Assembly: GCF_009914755.1 (NCBI RefSeq)
Contig: NC_060932.1
DNA length: 64,000 bases
Origin: the human T2T-CHM13v2.0 reference genome, Homo sapiens
Reading direction: 5' to 3' (one strand)
Shown here: in pieces, positions 1-16,050 of the stretch
Layout of the letters: each line of letters starts with the position of its first letter
Numbering within the stretch: position 1 is the first letter of the stretch
Program-made: the position numbers and the translations under genes
The notes under the pieces: generated by a model
The model's database searches: none
The model's input: the letters and a program-made list of their open reading frames with translations, nothing else
Told to the model about the DNA's origin: nothing

Positions 1-1180
<1,180 letters not shown>

Positions 1181-1243
1181 TATGATGCTAGCTGGTTATT
1201 TTGCCCATTAGTTGATGCAGTTTCTTCATAGTGTCAATGATCT

Positions 1244-2227
1244 TTACATTTTGGTTCATTCTTGTGGTGGCTGATACTGGTTTTTCCTTTCCATATTTAG
1301 TGCTTCCTTCAGGAGCTCTTGTAAGGCATTCTTTGTCTGTAAAGAATTTTATTTCTTCTTCACTTATGAAGTTTAGTTTGGCTGGATATGAAATTGTGGG
1401 TTGGAAATGATTTAAGAATGTTGAATATTGGCCCCCACTCTCTTCTGGCTTGCAGGGTTTCTGCCAAGAGATCTGCTATTAGTCTGATGGGCTTCCCTTT
1501 GTGGGTAAACTGACCTTTCTCTCTGGCTGTCCTTAACATTTTTTCCTTCATTTTAACCTTGGTGAATCTGACAATTATGTCTTGGGGTTGCTGTTTTCGA
1601 GGAGCATCTTTGTGGGGTTCTCTGTATTTCCTGAATTTGAATGTTGGCCTGTCTTGCTAGGTTGGGGAAGTTCTCCTGGACAATATCCTGAAGTGTGTTT
1701 TCCAGCTTGGTTCCATTCTCCCCGTCACTTTCAGGTACACCAATAAAACATAGGTTTGGTCTTTTCACATAGTCCCATATTTCTTGGAGGCTTTGTTTGT
1801 TCCTTCTCATTCTTTTTTCTCTAATCTTGTCTTCACTCTTTATTTCATTAAGTTGATATTCAATCTCTGATACCTTTCTTCCACTTGATCAATTCGGCTA
1901 TTGATACTTGTGTATGTTTCATGAAGTTCTCGTGCTGTGTTTTTCAGCTCCATCAGGTCATTTATGTTCTTCTCTAAACTGGTTATTCTAGTTAGCAATT
2001 CCTCTACCTTTTATTAAGGTTCTTAGCTTCCTTGCATTAGGTTAGAACATGCTCCTTTAGCTCGGAGGAGTTTGTTATTACCCACCTTCTGAAGCCTACT
2101 TCTGTCAGTTCATCAAACTCATTCTCCAGATTTGTTCCCTCGCTGGCGAGGAGCTATGATCCTTTGGAGGAGAAGAGACATTCTGGTTTTGAAATTTTCA
2201 GCCTTTTTGCGCTGTTTTTTTTCTCAT
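1244..2227 (-). pseudogene. Disrupted L1 ORF1
   Basis: ATG at 2227 and TAA at 1246-1244. Fragments include EIWDYVKRPNL..GVPESDGENGTKLENTLQDI and KGKPIRL..ARREWGPIFNILK, separated by frameshifts. Confidence 0.92.
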
Positions 2228-3547
2228 CTTCACGGATTTATCTACCTTTGGTCTTTGCTGTTGGTGACCTTTGGATGGAGTTTTTGCGTGGTGCTCCTTT
2301 TTGCTGATGTTGATGCTATTGCTTTCTGTTTGTGAGTTTTCCTTCTAACAGTCAGACCCCTCTTCTGCAGGTCTGCTGGAGTTTGCTGGAGGTCCACTCC
2401 AGACCCTGTTTGCCTGGGTATCACCAGTGGAGGATGCAGAACAGCAAAAATTGCTGCCTGCTCCTTCCTCTGGAATCTTTGTCCCAGAGGGGCACCCACC
2501 AGATGCCAACTGGAGTTCTCCTGTATGAGGTGTCTGTCAACCCCTGCTGGGAGGTGTCTCCTCATCAGGAGGCACAGGGGTCAAGGACCCACTTGAGGAG
2601 GCAGTCTGTCCCTTAGCAGAGCTTGAGCACTGTGCTGGGAGATCTGCTGCTCTCTTCAGAGCCGGCAGGCAGGAATGTTTAAGTCTGCTGTAGCTACTCC
2701 CACAGCCACCCCTTCCCCCAGGTGCTCTGTCTCAGGGAGATGGAAGTTTTCTCTATAAGCCACTGATTGGGGCTGCTGCCCTTCTTTCAGAGATCCCTTG
2801 GCCAGAGAGGAGAAATCTAGAGAGGCAATCTGGCTACAGTGGCTTTGCAGTGCTGTGGTGGGCTCCGCCCAGTCCAAACTTCCTGGCGGCTTTGTTTACA
2901 CTGAGGGGAAACCACCTTCTCAAGCCTCTATAATGGTGGCTGTCCCTCCCCCAGCCAAGTTCGAGCATCCCAGGTTGCTTCAGACTACTGTTCTGGCAGT
3001 AAGAATTTTGAGCCAGTGAATCTTAGCTTGCTGGGCTCTGTGGGGGTGGGATCCACTGAGCTAGACCACTTGTCTCCCTGGCTTCAGCCTCCTTTCCAGG
3101 GGAGTGAACAGTTCTGTCTTGCTGGCATTCCAGGTGCCACTGGGGTATGAAAAAAAAAACTCCTGTAGCTAGCTCAGTGTCTGCCCAAATGGCTGCCCAG
3201 TTTTGTGCTTGAAACCCAGGGAACTTGTGGTTTAGGTACCCGAGGGAATCTCCTGGTCTGCGGGTTGTGAAGACTGTGGGAAAAGTGTAGTATCTGAGCC
3301 GGGTAGCACTGTCCCTCACAGCACAGTCCCTCAAGGCTTCCCTTGGCTAAGGGAGGGAGTTATCGGACCCCTTGCCCTTCCCAGGGGAGGCAATGCCCCA
3401 CCCTGATTCTGCTTGCCCTCCATGGGCTGTACCCACTATCTAACCAGTCCCATTGAGATGAACCGGGTATCTCAGTTGGAAATGCAGAAATCACCCGCCT
3501 TCTGCGTTGGTCTCGCTGGGAGCTGCAGACTGGAGCTGTTCCTATTT

Positions 3548-3557
3548 GGCCATCTTG
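3548..3557 (-). promoter_or_regulatory. YY1 site of the L1 internal promoter
   Basis: CAAGATGGCC about 14 nt from the L1 5' end. Confidence 0.8.
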
Positions 3558-4220
3558 CCCCAATCATCCCCAGAGATAATTTTAAATTGGGAAAAAGCTG
3601 ATTCAATATATGGGAATCATTTCATAGGGTGAATCATTTCCAAGGCCCAGAATATGCCCCCATTCACTTCTAACTGGCCTGAGGCTTCTTTTTCAGATAT
3701 AACCTGTGCTAACCACCTACCTTAAGAGAGCAAGAGGCTTAGGGATGGTCTAGCCTGGCTGAGGCACTGGCAGTTAAAATTGACTTTCACTTGTAGAGCA
3801 GAGAGAAAACTGGAACTATAGTTGTATTGTGGACAAGAGCAAGCTTACAAAAAAAGAAAACACTATAAAGACTTAAATCTGAATATAAAGCAGTGATCAG
3901 ATCTGAAGAAGAGCTCACCAATAAAGGGCAGAAAAGAGAGGTAGGGCAGATTTGGGGAGAATATCGTGACTAGATGCCGGGAGCCCATGGAGCCTGGGAA
4001 GAGAAACCCTTTTGTTGAGAACCTGTTGCCCTATGCTCATCAGCTTTGAAGAGCACTGAATCAACTGTCTTCTTCAGAAAGCCTTCCCAGCCTGTTAACC
4101 ACAAGGAGACACAGAAGTCCTTGATTTCAGTGTCACCCACCCTATCATTGATACAGGGAAGAAAGAACCCCAAAGCATTAGTGTTGTATCCACAAGAAAA
4201 GAAGAGAATAGATCATGGAC

Positions 4221-4243
4221 ATAAATAAATAAATAAATAAATA
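4221..4243. repeat. (AAAT)n microsatellite
   Basis: ataaataaataaataaataaata. Confidence 0.85.
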
Positions 4244-4471
4244 CCACAAAAATGGATGCCCTTTAGATGGTTTTGCTAACCACAGGCAGAAAATGGCTTG
4301 TGTTTAAAAAAAAATGAGTGGCATTTCTTATCTTCCAGATATATTTAAATATTTATATAACCCCTATAGAGCGTAGTGGGCTATGTGTAGTGATGGGACT
4401 CTGTCATCTTTGATTTACAAGCATTTCCAAAAGATACAGAAGGAGCCAAGTGCCATGAAGAGATATTTTGC

Positions 4472-4711
4472 CATTGAGTACTTACAGACACAAAGAAGGG
4501 AACAATAGACACGTGGCCCACTTGAGGGTAGAGGGAGGGAGGAGGGTGAGGATCAAAAAACTACCTATCAGGTACTATGTTTATTACCTGGGTGATGAAA
4601 TAATCTATACACCAAGCCTTCATGACATGAAATTTAGCTATATAACAAACATGCACATGTATCTTTGAATCCTAAAACAAAAAAAGAAAAAATAAATAAA
4701 GTAAAAAAAAT
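4472..4711 (+). mobile_element. 5'-truncated L1 3' end (L1PA15/16-like)
   Basis: 3'UTR motif AAAAACTACCTATCAGGTACTATG..., an A-rich tail, and a 14-bp TSD: aagagatattttgc (4458-4471) / aagagatgttttgc (4712-4725). Confidence 0.88.
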
Positions 4712-4813
4712 AAGAGATGTTTTGCTTTGTTTCGAAGGGCCCTCTCTCTTCCTAGGGGCACTACCAAAACCTCCAAGTATGACTGCCCAAATGGAAGGAA
4801 TTTAAATAACTCA

Positions 4814-5395
<582 letters not shown>

Positions 5396-6859
5396 TTACA
5401 AGGGCCTCTTAGGCAAATAAGTGGGCAGGGAATGAGATGGGTAAGAGTTAAGAGAGAGGTTGCAGTGGGAGCGTGATTTTAAAAGAGAAAATTTTGAAAA
5501 CATTAGGCTTTTAATCTAAGCCCAACCAGCCCTGCTAGTAATAGCAAAAGGTGATTTTTAAGATAGTCAAAGAGAGATTCTACAAACTTTCTCTAAAATA
5601 TTTATGAGAGATGCTAGAAGAGATGATAACCAGGTATAAGAGCAGCATCAATAGGGGAAAAAAATGGTACACATGGGAAAAGCACAGTAAATTACGCCCA
5701 AAAGGCTGAAGATAACATGAGCAAAGAACTTAAGCCTCTAAACCACTGAGCAATAGAACTACCTAGGAAGAAATGACCAGTAGCTAAACTTTAACTCAAA
5801 AATATAAATTTATTTTTAAAGGTCTCTGAAATTGAATTATAGTTTTAGTTTAACCATAGGCCTAAATCGTGTAGAGCATTTTATTCATCTTAGTTTTCTT
5901 CTGCTATTCTTAAGTGAATTCTTTTCCTTAAAAGTTACCATGAATAACCATGACAATGTATTCTCTGAGGCAGAAATATCTGACTCATGCCAGACCTGTG
6001 GCAGAAACACCTGATTCATGCTAGATCTGATGCACTTTCTCTTTACCTGGTTATTATCTGACCCCCAAGTAGGTAGAAATTATAGCTTCCATTTAGCCCA
6101 TTCACTTTTGCCTGCTATATAGAGGGGGAAAGAGAGTCAATAGAATTATTATAGGATAAGAATGATGATAATAATAAAAATACAGGGTAGGCTAATTTGT
6201 GAGCCTATATAGATACAACATTCTATCCAGACTGTTTTCTACTTAGTTGAAAATCCATGCTAAGAAATCTTTAGCAAATGAAACTCTAAAACTCAATACA
6301 AATATCTGATACAAATATTAGCCCTGGTATTTATAAAATCTTCCACATAGGTTTCTCTTCCTTGAAAAAGCAAATGGTGTGAGTATAAAGAAAAGAGTAG
6401 GTGGATCAGAGAAAAAGGATAGAGGAAAGAGTCACCGTTCTAGAAACTTCTTCCTATGACACAGCAACACAGATCTTAGTATTTGCCAATCAGGAGACTA
6501 GGGTCCCTGCTGTTAACTGGTGTGAGCTGCAGGCAGATTAATAAATGTGGAGATGTGTTGCTTTGCATGGTAAATGCATTCAGAAATGAAAGCATCATGC
6601 CCTGGAATTCTACTCCTTCTTCTAAAGGAGCTTTGAAAGCTCATGCCCTCTACATTTCTCCATTTGCACAAAAGAAGCATCTACCTCCAAGATGTGTTCT
6701 CCGAAATAACCAACAAATCTATTTGCCTTTTACAAGTGAAATGTGATAAAAACACTAGTAAGACTAAGACTCAGGTTTTTCTTCTTTTGAAAAATTTTTT
6801 TATGATATTGAAAAACAGGGCTACATATAGTCCTCCTTTAAACTTAATTATCAAAGTAT

Positions 6860-7573
6860 TTATTAAATAGTCAGGAAACAACAGATACTGGCGAGGCTGT
6901 GGAGAAATAGGAATACTTTTACACTGTTTGTGGTTGGTGGGAGTATAAATTAGTTAAACCACTATGGAAGACAGAGCAGTGATTCCTCAAGGATCTAGAA
7001 CCAGAAATACTATTTAACTCAGCAATCCCATTACTGGGTATATACCCAAAGTATTACAAATCATTCTACTATAAAGACACATGCATACGTATGTTTATTG
7101 CAGGACTATTTGCAATAGCAAGGACTTGGAACCAACCCAAATGCCCATCAATGATAGACTGGATAAAGAAAATATGGCACATATACACCATGGAATACTA
7201 TGCAGCCATAGAAAAGAGCGAGTTCATGTCCTTTGCAGGGACATGGATGAAGCTGGAAACCATCATTCTCAGCAAACTAACACAGGAACAGAGAGCCAAA
7301 CACTGCATGTTCTCACTCGTAAGTGGGAGTTGAACAATGAGAACACATGGACACAGGGAGGGGAACATCATACACCAGGGCCTGTCAGGGGATGGGAGGC
7401 AAGGAGAGGGGGCATAGGACAAACACCTAATGTATGCGAGGCTTAAAACCTAGATGATGGGTTGATAGGTGCAGCAAACCACCATGGCACATGTATACCT
7501 ATGTAACAGACCTACACATTCTGCACGTGTCTCCCAGAATTTAAAGTAAATTTTTAAAAAATAAAATATAAAA
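6860..7573 (+). mobile_element. 5'-truncated L1 (L1PA8-like): ORF2 C-terminus and 3'UTR
   Basis: MFIAGLFAIARTWNQPKCPS..WIKKIWHIYTMEYYAA..MFSLVSGS* ends at 7333. Possible TSD caaagtat (6852-6859 / 7574-7581). Confidence 0.93.
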
Positions 7574-10074
7574 CAAAGTATAAGCAAGTTCCAACTTCTA
7601 AATAAATAAGAGTAAAGTTTAGCCGCTTTAAATATAAAAATCTGACATTTAATTTGCAGTTTTACATGGTGACAGATTTCACAATATCTTTGTGCTTCTT
7701 TAGCCTTTTATTAATGTAAGTTATAGAAACAAACTGTACTAACATATTGAAACTTATTTATTGGTTTAGGATAATAGCATTGCACAATCATGCACAACAC
7801 ATTCTCATTCCAGACCTGGTGAAAAGTGAATGATTACTATCAAGATAAATTATGTCCTATCGTTGGCAAAAATTAGATGAGAGGGTTATAAGAAACACAC
7901 ACACACATACAATATGTCTTCAAATACAGTTCACTGTTTTTGTTTTTCTTATTGAAAAACTTATTTGTTTTTCTTCAATGATAGCTATTAAAAATTTAAA
8001 ATTTAAAATATACACCAGCACCATATAGAGAGCTTATAAAACATCTGCTTTCAGATGACTGGAAAATACTTGCTATTTTTAACTCATGTATTTTCTAAAC
8101 AAAAATAATCTCATCAATCTTCAGAAAAATAGAATGTGTTAGTCTGCTTTTACTACTCTGAGCAAAGGGAAAATAGTTGCATTTTAACAAAATGTAGATT
8201 TCAATGTGCAGCATTAAAATAAAGAGAAACATAAGCATAAATTGTTGATGCTTAGTTTCCCTCAAAGCTTCTCTTTTGTTCCTGTTTACTATTTCTGCAA
8301 AAATAATTTATGCAATTAACACTGACAAAATGTGTTCCTATAAAACAAATTGCACCCAGTCCCTATCTGCTGTAGAATTTTAATCCTTAAGATAAGCTTA
8401 ATAAATCAATATATTTAAATAAAATAATCACTGATATAAATGAGTTTCTCTGCTGAGGAACAGAATGAGACTCAATGAACAGTTAGTAGTGTTATGTCTT
8501 AGGTGTAATTCCTAAAAAAGAGAAAGATGCAGCGTATTTGTTGATTTTTAATTTGTTATTTTCTGAGCAAGGACATGTAGACAGAGCTTTTTTTTAATGA
8601 GTTGAAATGGTGATATGCATAGACACAGTTTAAATTATGCCATTCTTTTCTTTCAATGAAGACCTTCAAAATTAATGGAATTATCTGCAATAACAATGGG
8701 TATTTGTAATTTTTACCATCTAGACTGGAACAAAAATGGCCAGATAACTATTGACACTTTCATTTCATATAGTTTATCATTTGCAATATATTTTGTTGTT
8801 GTGTTGTTGAAGAAAGTATAGGTTTGATATATGGAACTCTATTTTATGCTTGAACATTAACTCTGCACAAAGTCAGAATGGATTTGTCACTGATATGAGA
8901 CATCTCAAACTCTATAGACAATTGGGGCAAAGAAAAATAACTTCAAAACAACTTGTCCATCTATGATATACTCATAAACACCATGGTGAAATTCTGGATA
9001 ATGCCTAGCACATTGTTTTCTGTACTGATAGAATTTTATTTTTTTTTAAGAGTGGAGTTATATTCAACAATAGTTACAGATATTTAGACACAACTATTAT
9101 GATCCACAATCCAAGCTCTAGGTGATTATCTCAAATCACAATTATCTACTGTGAACTGAAGTTAAGAAGTTTCAAAATCAGTTCTGAAACATTTGTAACG
9201 AGAGAAAAATATACAGTGCATTGATTTATAGCACAAATATTGCTTGAAGAGTTTATATAGGGTCAGTCTCAGTCTATGTTTTGCTCTCTCTTTCTTTCAG
9301 ACATTGAGTTCAATTAGTATTCTAATGGTAGTCTACAAATTGATGTGCCAAGTCCCAGGCTGCACAAAATGCCGGATTCCACTTCTCCATAATTCCATCA
9401 ATGTGATAGACAGTAGCTATCAAAGCTGCTACTTAAACTGCCCATATGCAGCAGTAAGCTGAGCATCCAAACTCTCGTGACAAGCCAGGAAAACCCCATG
9501 TCATGAGAAAAATAAAGATGTTGTCCTCTTTTTAGGAGTGCCTTACCATCCAACTAAGAGGAGGAGGAGGAGGAGACTAAAAGCAGGAAGCAGCTGAAGT
9601 AAAATGCCTAAGGGCCAACATCCTATGCTTTATAGAATGCACTCTACAAAACTTCCTTCCATACCAATCTGAGCTGATGATTGTCCATCATGCTATTTTT
9701 CAATTTAAAAACTGGACAGTCAAAAAGTAGAGAAACTCATTACGATTTCTCAATACCGCCTTATGTTGAAGAACACGAATGTAAGAGATCTCTATGTGTT
9801 CAAATATTTTGGAGCCCTCAAACAGCCTTGCTCCTTTCGGAAACTACTTGAATCCAGAAGTCCTAGATTCAGTGTAAAACTTTGGGATTTTAGGGGTAAA
9901 GAAGTTAGAAGAAGATTGCAATGATACAAAGAGGCTTCTAAAGGTTCAGTTCAACTTCTATTAAAGTATTGAAAAAGAAGAAAGAAGGCCCCAATTTGAA
10001 TCTATGTTGTATATGTTTCTTGATCTTTAAATTCTGTCTCATTCAAGGCTTTTTGATTGTTTTTGTTTTGTTTT

Positions 10075-10175
10075 ATATCATGGACCTCCTTGGGTAAAGT
10101 CTGTGCTCCCATTCTCAGAACAATATTTTTAAATAACATAAAATGCATAGTGTTTATGACAAAAATTACATATAT
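10075..10175. mobile_element. hAT-Charlie MER fragment (MER119-like)
   Basis: tggacctcct...attctcagaacaatatttttaaat resembles a recalled consensus. Confidence 0.45.
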
Positions 10176-13019
10176 ATGTATTAGATAGATGGACAATAGG
10201 TAAATATATAAGTAGATGGGCAGATAAATACACAGATGACAAGGTCACATATGCCGTCTACTTTAAATGAAATAAAATTCCCAATTTAGTTATCCAAGAG
10301 CCAAAAAGACTGATTAGCAACAACGTGGCCCCTAGAAACAGAAGGGGACACAGCATCTTTCAAATAGCTTCCCTTAGGTGACAATGTCAGTCCAACATCA
10401 AGCACTGCTAGAAGTGAGAACCTCATTTCTTGATGTGCCACAATCCTTTCGTACTCTTATTTAGCCTTTGTTAAATTTAGGAAGAATGTAAACAAATACT
10501 CTATGCCTTTAATAGAAAACAACTGAATCCCTCCTGATTCTAAAGCTAAACTCCGCCATAATAAGATGACACCTTCTTTCAAAGAAAATAGCACAGTTAG
10601 AGACCAGGAGCTCCTAAATAATATCTCTACCTTTAATATCCTTGAAAGCCCCATTCCTCACCAGTCTGGACAATACATGTTGTTCTGGTCTTTGAGGAAT
10701 GACTAGATTATCAGTGATAGAGACTGAATTGTGGTTTATCTTAAGGTGCTCCAACACAGAGTACAGGGAGAAGCCTGGATGCGATGAAGAAACTGCTAGC
10801 AGTCCAGTCCACCAAACTCTAACCTCCTTTCATTCCATAGGAATAGAAGTGTCAGCCTACGGCTGCCCAGACCCATGATGTTTCCCCACTTCACTGGTGA
10901 TAAGGTAGACTCTCCAGCATAAGAAAAAGTGGTGGTGCAATTTCCTGGCTATTGCCCTTAAACAGTGGATGTACTGCTTACATGTTCTATTTGCCCTTCC
11001 CTGTTGTCTGCTACTCAGATGCATTAGTGACTCTGTTGCGACCATGCATACTAGAAGATGTTAGAAAAACAAGATGGAAGGAAACTCTTCCCTGAATGAT
11101 TGGGTAGTATTTGTTCACCTGTCGATCTCAAGAATTTCCCCCATCCTGCCCCAGCATAACTATATGAGAGAGAGATAAACTCCTAACTTTCTTGAACTAT
11201 TGGAGCGTTTTCATTACAACAGTTTAGCCAACTCTAATGAATATAAGCCTTGTGTATATAATATCTCATCCCCACACACCATTTTGAGCTATATATCCAA
11301 ATTGTGTAGTGAACAAAATCAATTCAGTCCTAGTGCTGGAAAAACAAATAGCTTTGGGAAAATCATTTGTCCAGCGCCACTCAAGATAGGCCAAGGCCTT
11401 GAAATGTGGTACAATCTTGTACTTATAAAGTGACTATGGCACTGACTGTTCCCAGTATATTAACAATAAGTGAACAGAGAATTTCTCAGTTTGGAATACA
11501 AAGTTTTAATTCAAAGTGTTTAATATACTAACTTTGATTTAAAGTTCTAATCAACTAACCAAAGAGGGAGAAATTACTCATTGAATGATTCTTAATATTC
11601 ACTTACAAAATTAAACTTGTAAATCTTAAAGAATCAATAAATCTAAGTGGTGGAAGTATTCCCAATTTACGTATAATCTGGCTACCTATACTGTGTTTGA
11701 ATTTTCTCTATAATAATACCACCTCAGATAATTACAATAATAATGATAAATGCAAAAAGGTAACCATTATTATATATTACTACAGCTACTATCATCATCA
11801 TTATTACAACTTCTACCATTATTTTTAATGGGCACTAACTATGTACTAGATGTACTAGGATACTGTAATGATAATTCTACTTTATGGTTAAAATTCTCTA
11901 ATGATAGGAAAACTCAGTACCTTGAGAGACAGATGATTCTATCATTGTATAGTTTTACTATTGGAGGCTTTTGATTAAAAATTCAAACAAGCTATAAATA
12001 AAATCTAAGATCAATCCCTCAAAAGGTACTCTGAAAGATCTGGGAAAAAATAGAGTTCTATTTGAAAATGAAGGCAATTTCACATTCTTTTATGATCCAT
12101 AGCTCATTTACCTGGGTTTACTGTCCACTATTTTTCTTGAAGTCACCTGAAAACTAACCCTACATAATGATGCAGCATCCACTGTAAGATAATATGATAG
12201 TCAGAGACTCTGAACTTCTTTCCAAGGGAAACTCCAATATTGAAAACACATAAACTCTGACATAGCATGAAATCAATCGTACCACTGAAAAAAAATCACT
12301 ATTGTAACAAATACCTCAAGATTCAAAGCTCTTGTCTATTTTTATGGTTACCAAGGAAACCTTTCCCTGATTCTCTAGTAAAATACATTTTATGAAAGAT
12401 AAACGGAATAACTACCCAGGTATGAAATAATGTCTTAAAAATGTGGTTTTAAAAAAAGAATTCATGAAAAGTTTAAATAATTTTTTAATTTTAAACTCTA
12501 ATATAAAGCATTTCAAAAAGCAAAACAACCTTGAAGTTGAACTTTTGAATCTGATAATGTGCTCCTCTAAGTAAATTTATAAATCCAATGGGATTTTAAA
12601 ACCTGAAAAATTAAATATGCAACCACAATTATCTACACAGTCAAGCACTGAGAATACAAATGAAATTTGACATAATTGTGCTTTTAACTAATTTAAGATA
12701 TAAAAGAGCACACAGAAGTATTCAACTGGAAGATCAAGATATTAGAGAAAAGTTCTATCTATTTTTAAAACACAACTTGTGTAGTGAACATTAAGAAATT
12801 TTGGTGAGATTTAATTGTAGTGATGCAGTTATGCAGATCCAAACTGGTAAAATAATTGTTCTCAGAGATATTAATTTAAGGGTGGATAAAATACAATAGA
12901 GATAACTCCATAAATGCTCAGAAAAGAAGATGTAAATGTGAGCAATTGCATGAAAGATATTTCAGGCTGAAGTTAGCCAGCCTGGGCTTAAACCTCTGAG
13001 AGGCTGAACAGGAACCAAA

Positions 13020-13800
13020 TCTTTCTCATTCTTTTCTGCATTTTCAGGTACCAAACACAGGGTCTGAAAAATTAGAGATACCCAATAATTATTGATTAAT
13101 CAGTCCATCTGAGCTTAACCGTTGAAAAACAGTTGTTGGATAAGTTACTTCAGGCTTCTAATTCTCCTCTATAAATTATTGATGCTGGACTAAATGAGCT
13201 TTTCCAGATTTACCAATCTGTCATTATTATTAATCTACGATTATCAGAGCAATCCACTCAGTTACTTAAACCAGAAACCTGAGTTCCCTTATCCCTCAGG
13301 CCTCATACCCAGTATCAGACCCAGATAGGCAGATCCTACTAACTCAATCCCACCATTTCTCCAGTGCTACTGTTGCCATGCTACTCTAAGCTTCCATATT
13401 CTCATTTGTGAATTTAAAGTACTCTATAACTTCTCTCCTTTCCATTTTGCAAAGGGAGTTAGAGTAATCTGTTAATATAAAAATCAAGTCATGCATCACT
13501 CATATTTAAACACCTTACTTGGCTTCTCATTGATCTTATAAGGATTGGAGAACTAAGCATCCCCTAAGAAGTCCATCATAATCTGGCCCATTCCTCTGGC
13601 TCTTGTTTCTTTTTTTGCTACTCTTCTCTTCAAATTTTCAGTGCTCTGGCTATACTGGGTATTCTCCATGCATTCATGTTTTCCTCCTCTTCCACAAATC
13701 TTTCACAGATACTGTCTTTCTGCCTGAAACCCTCTCGCCTTCCCAAGGTCTTAGACTTACAAACTCTTATTCATTCTTTAGCTCTCATCTTATTGCTACT
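13020..13800 (+). mobile_element. Cluster of degraded L2/MIR fragments
   Basis: An L2 3'-end-like segment, a MIR core, and L2 motifs such as ccagaaacctgag and aaatcaagtcatgcatcactc. Confidence 0.55.
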
Positions 13801-13883
13801 CAAATCACATTAGGTATCCATAATATTCATTTATGTAAAATATTATACTTCCGTTTTTATCAGGACTCATCCTATTTCTGCAC

Positions 13884-13951
13884 ATTCTGGACATTTTTCT
13901 TACCATTTTACCATAAGATTCTGGACACTTTTCTTACCATTTTCTCATAAG
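13884..13951. repeat. 34-bp tandem duplication
   Basis: attctggacatttttcttaccattttaccataag / attctggacacttttcttaccattttctcataag. Confidence 0.9.
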
Positions 13952-14109
13952 ATACCAGAAGTCCTGCCATTCATTTAGTATTTTCTCATTAATTTTTTAT
14001 TGATAAGTTGGATTCTATGTCTTCTAATCATTGTTGGTTCCTCTACAGTCACTGAAAATGTTACCAATAAGTTATCAATATGGTCAAAAAAGGAAGAAAA
14101 ATTCAGCAT

Positions 14110-15113
<1,004 letters not shown>

Positions 15114-15194
15114 CAATCACTTAGGAGAGGTTAGAGTCTGTAAAAGGAAACACATGTTTTACAACTTTTTAGTATTTGATCACCGCTCTACATC

Positions 15195-15550
15195 TTTCCA
15201 TGGTGTGACCTCATTAGTTTCAGTACACTCATCAATTAAATGAGAATAATGATATTGTCTTTCAGGGTATTTATGAGTATTAAGAGCCAACAATTATAAA
15301 GTTTTTAACTTATGGCTTGATATAGTAGGTGCTCAAAAAATAATAAATTCCACTGCCTCTAACAGAAAAAATAAATGTGTACAGGCTTTGTCACCACATA
15401 GAGATTCTACCACTTATCTAGTCAATAAGTACCTTAGGTTTTTGGAGGCTTAGATTCCTAACTGTAAAATAAGAATAATACTTACTTTCAAGAGATCTAT
15501 GAGGATTAGAAATGAGTGTTTAAAGCAATAAACATTTAATGAATGAAAGT
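15195..15550 (+). mobile_element. Two MIR fragments
   Basis: MIR cores: agtttcagtacactcatcaattaaatgagaataat and gattcctaactgtaaaataagaataatacttac. Confidence 0.65.
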
Positions 15551-15759
15551 TATCATTTAATAAAAATGCCAATTCACAAAACCGCATGTATTTTAAATAG
15601 CCTATAGCAACTAGATCAAGATATTAAAATGTATACAGCATTTTAATTCAAAATATAAATTTTTTCTTTTTCATAAGAAAATTTTAAAATTTTGATAACA
15701 TCTTTAGTTTTCTTCTATAACATTGATTCTCATATGGGAATTAGGAGGCTACAGGCTGC

Positions 15760-15880
15760 TTTAAAAATTTCAAGAACTCTATGGATCTTGTCTCCAGAAA
15801 AAAGCACATATACAAAAACTTTTATGTTCAATTTTAGGGCATTATGGATTCTCTTAAATTCCATGCATCCCAACATTATA
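15760..15880 (-). mobile_element. hAT-Charlie fragment (Charlie4z-like)
   Basis: ctatggatcttgtctccagaaaaaagcacatatacaaaaac matches a recalled consensus. Confidence 0.55.
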
Positions 15881-15934
15881 TCACACTCCCTGATAAGGAG
15901 TTCACAAAATTTCAAGGGGTGATTCTGATATGGT

Positions 15935-16050
15935 AATTATAATGTGTAATATATATAAAATATATATTACAATAAACTATAATATGTTTATATATAAAAT
16001 ATATATTACAATAAATTATATATATTTATATATTTTATGTATATATATAA
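15935..16050. repeat. TA-rich low-complexity tract with a 39-bp-period repeat
   Basis: atatataaaatatatattacaataaa occurs at 15951 and 15990. Confidence 0.8.

Noticed and set aside
2400-3571. Possible CpG island
   Set aside because: The L1 5'UTR is GC-richer but most CpGs have decayed to TG/CA.
2132-3601. Several 60-107 aa ORFs on both strands
   Set aside because: They are chance frames in the GC-richer L1 5'UTR; only the ORF0-homologous ATG is noted.
13603-13950. Hydrophobic 115-aa ORF resembling a secreted or membrane peptide
   Set aside because: It has a non-ATG start, lies in T-rich L2-derived sequence and includes the tandem duplication.
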